The notes under the pieces were generated by a model. The model was not told where the DNA came from. It did not search any database and saw only the letters and a list, made by a program, of their open reading frames with translations. This document shows, piece after piece, positions 1 through 8,811 of a DNA stretch of 64,000 bases. Source of the stretch: an uncultured Clostridia bacterium (lineage in GTDB: Bacteria > Bacillota > Clostridia > Christensenellales > UBA1242); NCBI GenBank assembly GCA_949841045.1, contig CATKXS010000002.1, positions 30,246 through 94,245 of the forward strand, given 5' to 3'. The stretch's first letter is position 1. Every line of letters starts with the position of its first letter. The translations under genes were made by a program, and so were the position numbers.

Positions 1-525
1 ATCGGTAAAAAATGTCACTCCTTTTTCTCTACAAATCTTTCCTATCTCTTCAATTGGCTGAATTATACCGATTTCGTTATTTGCAAACATAATAGCAACA
101 AGACATGTATCATCACTTATTGCCCTTTTCAAATCCTCTAGTTTTACAATGCCGTTTTCATCAACATTAAGATAAGTAACTTTAAATCCTTCTTGTTCAA
201 AATTTTTAATTGTATTAAGAACTGAATGATGCTCTATTTTTGAAGTTATAATATGTTTCTTGTTTCTAATTTTCCCCATTTTTACTGCAGAGAAAATGGC
301 TTGATTATTACTCTCGCTACCACCTGAAGTAAAATATATTTCTTCTCTTTTTGCACCTAGCAGTTCTGCTATTTTTTCCCTCGCCTCTTCAAGTTCATCT
401 TTGGCTTGTTGACCAAAGTAATGTAAACTTGAGGGATTTGCATATTGATTATCAAAATATGGTAACATTTTATCAACAACCTCTTTTCTAACTTTGGTTG
501 TTGCCGCATTATCTAAATAAATCAT
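1..525 (-). CDS. nifS: cysteine desulfurase (NifS/IscS family), N-terminal 175 codons; the gene continues past the window start
   Basis: Not in the ORF track because it is open at the window edge. Translating the minus strand from ATG 523-525 gives MIYLDNAATTKVRKEVVDKMLPYFDNQYANPSSLHYFGQQAKDELEEAREKIAELLGAKREEIYFTSGGSESNNQAI...KIEHHSVLN, a class V aminotransferase / cysteine desulfurase N-terminus. An AAGGAGAG RBS lies just upstream. Confidence 0.8.
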   Translation of the reverse strand, partial: MIYLDNAATTKVRKEVVDKMLPYFDNQYANPSSLHYFGQQAKDELEEAREKIAELLGAKREEIYFTSGGSESNNQAIFSAVKMGKIRNKKHIITSKIEHHSVLNTIKNFEQEGFKVTYLNVDENGIVKLEDLKRAISDDTCLVAIMFANNEIGIIQPIEEIGKICREKGVTFFTD

Positions 526-641
526 ATCTCTCCTTAAATTCATACTATTTTAGTAGGAATTATAAAAATAATAATACTTTTCTTTGATTTTGTCAATAAA
601 TAACAAAGAATTCTTAAATATTTTTATTCTTCTGCATAAAT

Positions 642-679
642 AAAAAAAATTGCTCAAGGGCTATAAACTTTGAGACTAG
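642..679 (+). repeat. left inverted-repeat arm of cassette A (A8-TTGCTCAAGGGCTATAAACTTTGAGACTAG)
   Basis: The inner 21 nt, GGCTATAAACTTTGAGACTAG (659-679), match 33348-33368 at 20 of 21 positions. An inverted, more diverged partner lies at 1482-1520. Confidence 0.6.
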
Positions 680-685
680 AAAAAA

Positions 686-712
686 AGGATTGTCTTTTAA
701 CAATCCTTTTTA
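686..712. terminator. bidirectional intrinsic terminator hairpin
   Basis: Stem GGATTGT (687-693) pairs with ACAATCC (700-706). An A-run precedes it and a T-run follows. On the minus strand it reads hairpin plus T8, directly downstream of ORF 804-1325. Confidence 0.7.
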
Positions 713-803
713 TTTTTAATAACTTTGCTATTAACCAAATCAAATGTTTTAGTTTTAATGCATATTATAAATATTTTTTAATTACGGATAAATAATATAG
801 ATT

Positions 804-1325
804 TTAAAAACCTAATTCATGACTGTCCATCGTTTCTACAAACTCTTTAACAGCAATAGAGTTTTTATTAAATATCTCATAATTGTTTTTTAACAACTGT
901 TGATGACTATCGTCAGGGAATATTTCATTTTTATTTTTGCTATAAGACATATAATAACACTTATGGGATTTTCCATAAGATTCCAAATCGAATGCATCAA
1001 TCCTTAAATATCCATCCAAAGATTTAAAAACAACATATCGTTTTTTAGAGATCCCTTTCTCTCCAACTAAATAAGGCAGAGGCTGTAATGCTATAACTCC
1101 TACAACAGGAAACATTTGCATTAATAATTCGGGATTTGAAGAAATAAAATTTTCCTGTGCACTCCAACAAGACAACAATCCTGTTGCATTTTTATCAACA
1201 AAAGCAGTAAGAAGATTACATAGTTTATTTCTAACAAATTTAGAATTTGAATTTATTAATCTTTTTATATTCTCGTCTATAAATATATCGCTTTTTTGAT
1301 ATTTCTCTAGATTTATTTTATACAT
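804..1325 (-). CDS. hypothetical protein (173 aa), passenger of cassette A
   Basis: ORF track. It has its own TTGACA-17-TATATT promoter-like sequence and a GAGGT RBS upstream, and a terminator downstream. I recognise no motif. Confidence 0.6.
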   Translation of the reverse strand: MYKINLEKYQKSDIFIDENIKRLINSNSKFVRNKLCNLLTAFVDKNATGLLSCWSAQENFISSNPELLMQMFPVVGVIALQPLPYLVGEKGISKKRYVVFKSLDGYLRIDAFDLESYGKSHKCYYMSYSKNKNEIFPDDSHQQLLKNNYEIFNKNSIAVKEFVETMDSHELGF

Positions 1326-1481
1326 TTCTACCTCATTTCTAATATATCACACATATACTTATCTGTCAATATAGAAAAATAGGATTATTTCTCAATTTGT
1401 TATAGTCCTGTCATTTTTTAATTATTTAACAAAACGATATTATCATAAAAATATGCTTGTGTGTCTTTTGTGTTTTCTTTG

Positions 1482-1520
1482 CTAGTTTCAATAGTAAATG
1501 ACCAAAAAAAGCAATTTTTT
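1482..1520 (-). repeat. right inverted-repeat arm of cassette A
   Basis: The reverse complement reads AAAAAATTGCTTTTTTTGGTCATTTACTATTGAAACTAG. It shares the outer A-run-TTGCT block and the inner TTGA(A/G)ACTAG block with 642-679. The middle is diverged, with indels. Confidence 0.5.
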
Positions 1521-1908
1521 ATTTTATTAAGTCGCTAAGTTTTATATTGTTTAAGTAATCATTTATAAGATTGGTCAACCTTACCCAAGTCCCAACAGCA
1601 TCACAATTTTGAACTCTGTCGCATTTATCATAAGTGCAAGTTGCAATTTTGACACCATCACCAGTAACTTCTAAAATTTCACGTACACTAATTTCACTCG
1701 CTTTTTTTGAAAGTTTGTAACCACCTTTTGTACCACGCATACTCTCAAGTAATCCGCCTTTGCTCAATAAAGCAATAATCTGCTCACAATATTTAATAGT
1801 GATATTTTGCCTTTGCGAAACCTCACTTATTGAAATATAATCATCACAGTTGCGAGCTAGGTCTGCCATTATTCTGACAGCATAACGTCCTTTTGTAGAG
1901 ATTTTCAT
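1519..1908 (-). CDS. Rrf2 family transcriptional regulator (IscR/CymR-like)
   Basis: MKISTKGRYAVRIMADLARN... is a typical Rrf2 winged-helix N-terminus. Size is 129 aa and it lies next to a cysteine desulfurase gene. Confidence 0.85.
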   Translation of the reverse strand: MKISTKGRYAVRIMADLARNCDDYISISEVSQRQNITIKYCEQIIALLSKGGLLESMRGTKGGYKLSKKASEISVREILEVTGDGVKIATCTYDKCDRVQNCDAVGTWVRLTNLINDYLNNIKLSDLIK

Positions 1909-1961
1909 ATTTTACCTCTTAATTAAAAAAGATTTTTGTCTAAAATTTTTAATTTTACTTT

Positions 1962-4454
1962 CTATTTACAATCATAAAGACTTTCACCTTCGCCCACAGA
2001 AATTATTAATGGCACTTTAATCTCAACCACATTTTCCATATTTGATTTAAGAATCTGCATCACTTTATCTTCTTCACCAGGATATGTGTCAATAATGAGT
2101 TCGTCATGAATTTGCAGGATGAGTTGACTTTTAAGATTTTCTTCTTGTAATGCACTACTTACTTTAAGCATTGCCAGTTTTATAATATCAGATGCAGTAC
2201 CTTGAAGAGGCATGTTCATTGCAACGCGCTCCCCAAAAGTTCTTGTTTGATATTTTGAAGATGAAAGCTCGGGAATTTGACGTTTCCTACCAAACTTAGT
2301 AATTGCGTATCCATGTTCTTTGGCAACAGTAACATTATCGTCCATAAAAATCTTAACTTTTGGATATTTGGCAAAGTACGAGCCTATAAAATCTTTTGCC
2401 ATAGCGCGAGTGCTTTTAATGTTTTGCGATAAACCATAATCACTTATACCATAAATAATTCCAAAATTGACCGCTTTTGCATCTCTTCGCTCAGCCCTCG
2501 TAACCTCATCAAGTGGTTTATTAAAAATATGTGAAGCTGTAAGCGTATGAATGTCATCACCCCTATTGTAAGCCTCAATAAGCCCCTCTTCTCCCGACAT
2601 GTCAGCAAGAAGACGAAGTTCAATTTGGTTATAATCAGCTGATATAATTTTGCCGCCAACAAACTTAGATACAAAAATTTTTCTTAAAATTTTCCCGTCA
2701 TCATCTCTTGTTGGAATGTTTTGGAGATTTGGTTCACTGCTTGAAAGCCTGCCAGTGCTAGTCAAAGTTTGATTAAATGTCGTATGAATAATTGGAGTTG
2801 ACTGACAAAGTTTTTTATAAACATCAATATAGGTATTTTTAAGTTTTGAGTATTTTCTAAAAAGTAAAATATTGTTTACAATTGGAATATACCTAAGTTC
2901 TTCAAGAACCGTCGCACTTGTTGACTGCTTTTTATTGTTGTAAGCCTTAATTCCAAGTTTATCAAATAAAATATAAGCAACCTGCTTTGGTGAGTTGATA
3001 TTAAACTCTTCGCCCGCCTCTAAATAGATTTCCTTTGTAAGTTTTTCAAGCCTGTCATTAAACTCTACTGAAATTTCATCAAGCTTATCTTCATTTATTT
3101 TGAAGCCTCGCTCTTCCATTTCAAACAAAAGTTTTATAAGAGGAAATTCGATTTCGTAATAAATATACTCTAGTCCATTCTCCTTAATCTGTCTTTCAAG
3201 TTTTCCTTTAAGGTCTTTAAATTCGCTAACATTCACCTTTTCAATTCCACTTTTAAGTCCAGCAGAAACAAGATAATCGGCCAGCGTAATATCAAAGAAG
3301 TTATTTAAAGAAATATTAAGTTTGTTTAAATAATGCAAATCGTCCTTTGCTGAATTTGTTATTTTTAAGATATTTTTATCTTCAAACACCCCTTTAAACG
3401 CCTGGCAAACATCTTCAAGCGACATAGGATTATCAAACAAAGTAAAGTTTTGTTCTAAATAATAAATTTTGCCTTTTATAAAAAATTCCAAAGAGTTTAA
3501 ATCATAACAAAATGTTTTTATATTCTCATTTTTTAATGAATTTAAAACAGTCTCATCAATTTTAATTTTTTCCAGCTTAACTTTTTCTTCTGGCAAAACA
3601 TCTCCAAACAAGGCCTTATTTTTGATTATTGATGAGAAATCCCAGTTTTCAAAGAATTTAAAGGCTTTATCGTCAAAAGGAAGTTTTACAAGACATTTTT
3701 CTTTACTAAATTCAATTTCGCAGTCTCTTTTAATAGTTGCAAGTTGTCTTGACATAAGAGCGTCATTTTTTCCGTCAATAAGTTTTTCTTTTATTTTGCC
3801 AGTTATTTCTTCAATATTGTCATAAATATTGTCGATATTTTTAAATTTTTCAAGCAAAGATTGAGCTGTTTTTTCGCCAACACCCTTTACACCTGGAATA
3901 TTATCAGAACTGTCCCCCATTAGGCCTTTAAGTTCAATAATTTGATATGGCTCTAAATTATAGAGCTGTTTAAGTCTATTTGTATCAACTTTGTCAACTT
4001 CTGTTACACCTTTTTTAGTTAGCCAAACTGTTGTTTTATCATCAATAAGTTGAAGTAAATCTCTATCTCCCGACAATATAAACTTTTCACCTTGATAGAG
4101 CTTTGATATTGTTCCGATTATATCATCAGCTTCAATTCCTTCCCTCTCAAGATATTGAATGTTCATAGCGTCAAGCATTTCTTTTATTACTGGAAACTGA
4201 GAGATAAGTTCTGAAGGAGTAGGTTTTCGTTGCATCTTATATTCGCTATAAATTTCATTACGAAAGGTCTTTCGTGCGTGGTCAAAAGCCACAACTACTC
4301 TTGTGGGCTTTTCCTCTAAAATTAACTTAATTAAAATATTAGCAAAACCAAAGACTGCACCCGAAGGATTTCCTTCATGATTAGAAAGAAAAGGTAGAGC
4401 GTAAAAAGCACGATTTGCAATACTATTTCCGTCTACCAATAAAAGTTTTTCCAT
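1962..4454 (-). CDS. polA: DNA polymerase I
   Basis: 5' nuclease N-terminus (LLLVDGNSIANRAFYAL). Polymerase motifs ADYNQIELRLLA, RRDAKAVNFGIIYG and QIHDELI. 830 aa. Confidence 0.95.
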   Translation of the reverse strand: MEKLLLVDGNSIANRAFYALPFLSNHEGNPSGAVFGFANILIKLILEEKPTRVVVAFDHARKTFRNEIYSEYKMQRKPTPSELISQFPVIKEMLDAMNIQYLEREGIEADDIIGTISKLYQGEKFILSGDRDLLQLIDDKTTVWLTKKGVTEVDKVDTNRLKQLYNLEPYQIIELKGLMGDSSDNIPGVKGVGEKTAQSLLEKFKNIDNIYDNIEEITGKIKEKLIDGKNDALMSRQLATIKRDCEIEFSKEKCLVKLPFDDKAFKFFENWDFSSIIKNKALFGDVLPEEKVKLEKIKIDETVLNSLKNENIKTFCYDLNSLEFFIKGKIYYLEQNFTLFDNPMSLEDVCQAFKGVFEDKNILKITNSAKDDLHYLNKLNISLNNFFDITLADYLVSAGLKSGIEKVNVSEFKDLKGKLERQIKENGLEYIYYEIEFPLIKLLFEMEERGFKINEDKLDEISVEFNDRLEKLTKEIYLEAGEEFNINSPKQVAYILFDKLGIKAYNNKKQSTSATVLEELRYIPIVNNILLFRKYSKLKNTYIDVYKKLCQSTPIIHTTFNQTLTSTGRLSSSEPNLQNIPTRDDDGKILRKIFVSKFVGGKIISADYNQIELRLLADMSGEEGLIEAYNRGDDIHTLTASHIFNKPLDEVTRAERRDAKAVNFGIIYGISDYGLSQNIKSTRAMAKDFIGSYFAKYPKVKIFMDDNVTVAKEHGYAITKFGRKRQIPELSSSKYQTRTFGERVAMNMPLQGTASDIIKLAMLKVSSALQEENLKSQLILQIHDELIIDTYPGEEDKVMQILKSNMENVVEIKVPLIISVGEGESLYDCK

Positions 4455-4462
4455 ATTTTCTC

Positions 4463-4786
4463 CTATTTTAGCATGCCTAAAAGTGGGTCTATAAATGCTT
4501 TAGCATCTCCGCCAACTTTGAAAAGTTTTCTAAATACATCCGGCATTGCTATTGTTAGTATAAGCAAAATAACCATAACTACTAAAAGTAAAAAGAAAAC
4601 AATTTTAAGCGGATTTCCAAAGAAGTTTACAGCAGCATAAAGAAGCGCAATTGCAAGGCCTCCATAAATAGAAAGATAATAAAGGGTTTTTGAAATATTC
4701 TCAATGCCATAAATATTCACATAACATAAAAATCCTACATAAGCTATTGTCAGCACTGCTAACAAAAAGTAAACTATTGATTTCAT
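4463..4786 (-). CDS. small integral membrane protein (107 aa), function unknown
   Basis: ORF track. Three or four hydrophobic segments. Tightly packed between polA and the upstream gene. Confidence 0.6.
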   Translation of the reverse strand: MKSIVYFLLAVLTIAYVGFLCYVNIYGIENISKTLYYLSIYGGLAIALLYAAVNFFGNPLKIVFFLLLVVMVILLILTIAMPDVFRKLFKVGGDAKAFIDPLLGMLK

Positions 4787-4795
4787 ACACTCTCC

Positions 4796-5788
4796 TTAAA
4801 CTAACTCTTTTTGTTTTTTAAGTCTTTTGTCTAGCTTCATTTTATTTTTCAAAGGTTTGATTTTCTTAGGTTTATCTTTAACCTTTTTTGTCTTGCCCTT
4901 TTTCATCTTCTTCTTATTTTTCTTTAAAAGGCGTTTTGGGATTGAACCATCATCTGGCATGCTTTCTAGTAGTGAATCTGGATTTGCAAGAAGGTCTTTG
5001 CAAAGTTTGAGAGTTTTGCTCATATAAAGACCATCAGCGATACGCTCATCAAGACTCATTCCCATTGTAAGAGTTTTTTGCAATTTAATCTCTTTATTAT
5101 TTTCAACAACAGGCTCCATTCTTTCTTTGCCTACAGAAACAAACATAGAAGTTGTTCCAAAGTTGTAAAGATGATGATAAATATAGCTGAGTTTAATAGA
5201 TTTAAGATAAGTTACAAAACAGCTTGTATGGAATGGGCTTGCTTTAATAAGACTCTTAGGAAGCATTCCATGCCTGTCCAGCCATCTTGCAAGAGCCATA
5301 AACCACCTAAATAAGAAATCAGGCAATTTTACAAGTTTTCCAGCAGCTTTAGTTGTAGGGTCCACTTCCCCGCCTTCAAGATTCTTTGAAATCTCTTCAT
5401 CAACAATTTTTTTAATCTCTGAAATGCTTTCTCTGCCTGTGAAATAAAACTTCGCAGTTATGTTGTCACCTTCATCTTCAAGCTTCTTTTTAATATCCAT
5501 TGAAAGGCTTATGTAATTTCTTTGGTAAGTAGACCCTCGCATAATAAATCTATTCATTTTCTTACGCGTGTAAAGTACTCTAACAAGGGTTGCAAACATA
5601 ATGTGCATATATGTATAATTATTGCCATTTTTTCTTTCTCTAGCGATAAAATCATCAATTGGCTGGCAAGGCACTTTTACCTTTATGTAATTTACTGCAT
5701 CAATTCTTTGTGGCATAAAGAAAGGACCTGCTTTGTCAATTATATTCATATCCTTTACTTTTTTGCCATCGCTTCTATGTCCAAACAT
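4796..5788 (-). CDS. 2-oxoacid dehydrogenase E2 / CAT-like acyltransferase domain protein with a Lys-rich C-terminal tail
   Basis: The segment LTMGMSLDERIADGLYMSKTLKLCKDLLANPDSLL resembles the E2 catalytic-domain signature (..S.DHR.IDG......F...L...LE.P..LL), but with Glu where the catalytic His sits. The ATG overlaps the rarA stop (TAATG). Confidence 0.55.
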   Translation of the reverse strand: MFGHRSDGKKVKDMNIIDKAGPFFMPQRIDAVNYIKVKVPCQPIDDFIARERKNGNNYTYMHIMFATLVRVLYTRKKMNRFIMRGSTYQRNYISLSMDIKKKLEDEGDNITAKFYFTGRESISEIKKIVDEEISKNLEGGEVDPTTKAAGKLVKLPDFLFRWFMALARWLDRHGMLPKSLIKASPFHTSCFVTYLKSIKLSYIYHHLYNFGTTSMFVSVGKERMEPVVENNKEIKLQKTLTMGMSLDERIADGLYMSKTLKLCKDLLANPDSLLESMPDDGSIPKRLLKKNKKKMKKGKTKKVKDKPKKIKPLKNKMKLDKRLKKQKELV

Positions 5789-7059
5789 TAGTTTTCTCCT
5801 CTAAATTTTTTTCTTATCAAATTTTTCTCTCTGCCATTTTTGCTAGGAGTATAATAAACCCTATCTTTCAAAGCATCTGGCAAATATTGTTGTTTTACGT
5901 AACCACCATAGTCATGTGGGTATTTATATTTTCCATGCCCGTCACCATTAGTGCTTGGATGATTTTTTAAATGGTTTGGCACTTTATTATCTGTAAAATT
6001 CACCGCGTCATCACTTGCTTTATGCATAGCTTCAATAACAGAATTGGACTTTTCTGCTTCGCATACATAAATTATTGCATGCGTTAGCGGAATAAGCCCT
6101 TCAGGCTGTCCCATTTTTTCAAGAGCATACATTGCGCTTGTTGAAAGAAGTAGTGCATTTGAATCTGCCATGCCAACATCTTCTGATGAATGTGCAACAA
6201 GGCGCCTAGCTATAATCATCGGGTCACAACCCGCTTTAATAAGCCTTTGACTATAATACAGCGCGCCCTCAACATCACTTCCTCTTAAACTTTTACAAAA
6301 AGCAGAAAGAAAATCATAATACATGCTCTCGTCAAGAGAAAGCGCTTTTCTGTCAGTTGATTGTTCGGCCACCTCTCTGTTTACAACAATTTTTCTTTCC
6401 TTATTGAGTGGCGTGGTCATAACTGCAAGTTCAAGAGAATTGAGTGAACTTCTTAAATCTCCACCACATGCAAACGCAATATAGTCAAGAGCATCATCAT
6501 CTATTTCAACAGGTAAAGAGCCAAGTCCACTTTCCTTGTCTACAATAGCACGTTTGAGTGCTTTTTTAATATCCTTTGATGTAAGTGATTTAAATTCAAA
6601 AACCCTGCACCTTGATACAATAGCTCTTGTCATTGAAGTATATGGATTTTCGGTTGTCGTTCCTATAAAGAAAATCGAGCCGTCTTCAATCGCCTCTAAA
6701 ACACAATCTGATTGAGCTTTGTTCCAGCGATGACATTCGTCAAGAATAAGAAAGGTGTCTGTATTAAACATAGCCTTATCTGTTCTTGCTCTCTCTATAA
6801 TCGCCTTTGCGTCACCCACACCACTTGTCACGGCATTGAGTTTTACATAGTTTGCTTTGAGTGTTTTTGCAATAATATTTCCAAGCGTTGTCTTGCCAGT
6901 GCCAGGAGGGCCATAAAATATACAGCTACCCAGTGAACCAAACTTGATAGCCCTATAAAGCAAAGTATTTGTACCAACGATGTGTTCCTGCCCAACAAAG
7001 TCATCAAAGGACTTTGGGCGCATTCTTTCAGCAAGAGGAACGCGAGTATTATTTTCCAC
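5788..7059 (-). CDS. rarA: replication-associated recombination protein A (AAA+ ATPase RarA/MgsA)
   Basis: LAERMRP..FDDFVGQEHI, Walker A GPPGTGKTT, Walker B ILDECHRWNK, and the MgsA C-terminal domain (YYD..SAF.KS.RGSD..AALYY). 423 aa. Confidence 0.92.
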   Translation of the reverse strand: MENNTRVPLAERMRPKSFDDFVGQEHIVGTNTLLYRAIKFGSLGSCIFYGPPGTGKTTLGNIIAKTLKANYVKLNAVTSGVGDAKAIIERARTDKAMFNTDTFLILDECHRWNKAQSDCVLEAIEDGSIFFIGTTTENPYTSMTRAIVSRCRVFEFKSLTSKDIKKALKRAIVDKESGLGSLPVEIDDDALDYIAFACGGDLRSSLNSLELAVMTTPLNKERKIVVNREVAEQSTDRKALSLDESMYYDFLSAFCKSLRGSDVEGALYYSQRLIKAGCDPMIIARRLVAHSSEDVGMADSNALLLSTSAMYALEKMGQPEGLIPLTHAIIYVCEAEKSNSVIEAMHKASDDAVNFTDNKVPNHLKNHPSTNGDGHGKYKYPHDYGGYVKQQYLPDALKDRVYYTPSKNGREKNLIRKKFRGEN

Positions 7060-7077
7060 CTATTTAAGTTTACTATA

Positions 7078-8301
7078 CTAATCGGCAAAAGACAAGTAAA
7101 TTTCATTATTTTTATCAAAAATTTCTTTTGTAAGATAAGTGAAGTTAAAATACTTAACACGGTCTGCAAAAAGATAGGTCGAATTATTATGAAGGATAAA
7201 AACCCTTTTCCACCCGTAATTTCGGTAAAAACGGACTTCTTTGAGCCCCTTAAAAGTCCTTGAAATTTGAAGAGCATTTTCCTCTTTTTTTACTATTTCA
7301 TTCCTCATTTTTAGATAGTTATTTTCACTTTCCTCATCAACATCAAAATTTTGCCACTTTTCCCAGATTTTACGGGGCAAAGAGAGGTTAAAAAGTTCGT
7401 CAAATTTTCCATCACGAGTTGTGACCTTCATATCAAAAAGTTCGTTCATTTTTCTTTGTGATATTTCAAAGAATAAATTCATCTCAAGTGGTGATAAAAG
7501 GCAATATTTATTTTCTCCATAATTGAAATAAAGTTTTTGCGAAGCCCTTGGAAGAAGTTCAATTTTACATGACACATTTATACACGCAAAAGTGCTACTT
7601 TCAAGACCACTAATCGTTGAAAATGAAAAATTTGCATTTTTAAAATTATAATTGAAATAAGCCTTTGCCTTACTTGTCAAGTTCTCGATTTCGATAAATC
7701 TTGCTGACTTTGTAAACAAATAGTACCCTCTTGGCAATGGAAGATTGAATTCAAAGGATAAAGTTTGTTTATTATTCGTAGTGTTATTCAAAGATAAAAT
7801 ATAGTTTTTACCATTTAAAATAAAGCATTTAATATCCGTTATCACACCATTTCCAGCCACTTTTTTTGATAAATAATAAGGGATATAATTAAGCGCAATC
7901 TCCTTTCCATTAATCTTAAAATACTCTTTACTAAGTTTATTTTCAAAGTCAGAATGAGATAAATAATTGATATTAAGTTGTTCAAGTGTTCGACTTAAAT
8001 TAGAGCCAGTCTCCTCTTTGTATAATAGATAAGTACGCTTTAAACTCTGAAGCTTTTTGTTTGAGATAAGAGGCTTTTCTGTCAAAATAAGATTAAATTC
8101 GGCATTTTTCTTAGCCTCTAAAAACGCTTTATAATATATTTTATCGAGCCCCTTGTTAAAGATAAAGATAGGATAACTTCCGTCTATCCCTATTGCATCA
8201 AGAAGTGAATAATCAACCTCTTCTTTGACTTTTGGAGAATGAAATTTTACTTTATTATAAATTAAATTTTCTAGTTTTGAAATATATTCTTTTTTATCCA
8301 T
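7078..8301 (-). CDS. hypothetical protein (407 aa)
   Basis: Long uninterrupted ORF, Asn/Lys/Phe/Tyr-rich and apparently soluble. I recognise no motif. Confidence 0.6.
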   Translation of the reverse strand: MDKKEYISKLENLIYNKVKFHSPKVKEEVDYSLLDAIGIDGSYPIFIFNKGLDKIYYKAFLEAKKNAEFNLILTEKPLISNKKLQSLKRTYLLYKEETGSNLSRTLEQLNINYLSHSDFENKLSKEYFKINGKEIALNYIPYYLSKKVAGNGVITDIKCFILNGKNYILSLNNTTNNKQTLSFEFNLPLPRGYYLFTKSARFIEIENLTSKAKAYFNYNFKNANFSFSTISGLESSTFACINVSCKIELLPRASQKLYFNYGENKYCLLSPLEMNLFFEISQRKMNELFDMKVTTRDGKFDELFNLSLPRKIWEKWQNFDVDEESENNYLKMRNEIVKKEENALQISRTFKGLKEVRFYRNYGWKRVFILHNNSTYLFADRVKYFNFTYLTKEIFDKNNEIYLSFAD

Positions 8302-8421
8302 AATAATTTTTATTGACCAAAAATCAAATCTTAAACATCATATAAAAGAAAAGTAAGATTTTGTACTTTATATCTCAAAATTCGTTGGTTAAAAAATACC
8401 ATGTACGCGGTATAAAACACA

Positions 8422-8447
8422 TAAAAAAAGCCGACTTCAAGAGCCGG
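8422..8447 (-). terminator. intrinsic terminator of rnpB
   Basis: The minus strand reads CCGGC-UCUUGAA-GUCGG followed by CUUUUUUUAU. Confidence 0.7.
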
Positions 8448-8772
8448 TTAGTTATGCTGTAAGCCGAGTTCTGTATTAGACAATCATCTATCTAGCCCTA
8501 TCGTTGCCGACAGGTTCAAGCGGTGCTAAAGGGCGTGAGAGAACAAGCACATATTGCCCTTATAACCTTGCATCAGGTGGGGTTTACAGAGCCTTGATTA
8601 TCTCCAATCAAGCGGTGGTCTCTTACACCACCTTTCCATCCTTACCATAAAATGGCGGTTTATTTCTGTTGCACTATCCCTAGAGTCGCCTCCGCTGGCC
8701 GTTAGCCAGCACCCAGTTCTCTTGATGCTCGGACTTTCCTCATCATAAAGACGCGATTGTCTGCATAACTAC
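8448..8772 (-). ncRNA. rnpB: RNase P RNA (ribozyme component)
   Basis: The minus strand contains GAGGAAAGUCCGAGC (CR-I) near the 5' end and ACAGAACUCGGCUUACAGC near the 3' end. P1 pairs GTTATGC (rc of 8763-8769) with GCATAAC (rc of 8451-8457). GC is elevated relative to the flanks. A consensus promoter is positioned to start transcription near 8772. Ends are good to about +/-5 nt. Confidence 0.9.
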
Positions 8773-8778
8773 AAAATT

Positions 8779-8807
8779 ATTATACCAAAAGTACATTAAA
8801 ATGTCAA
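8779..8807 (-). promoter_or_regulatory. sigma-A type promoter of rnpB (TTGACA-17-TATAAT)
   Basis: On the minus strand, TTGACA (rc of 8802-8807), a 17-nt spacer, then TATAAT (rc of 8779-8784), about 7 nt upstream of the P1 5' strand. Confidence 0.75.
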
Positions 8808-8811
8808 GTGT

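Noticed and set aside
6843-7277. 144-aa ORF bridging the rarA start and the upstream gene's end
   Set aside because: It overlaps two confidently called genes out of frame, has hydrophobic low-complexity composition, and has no RBS.
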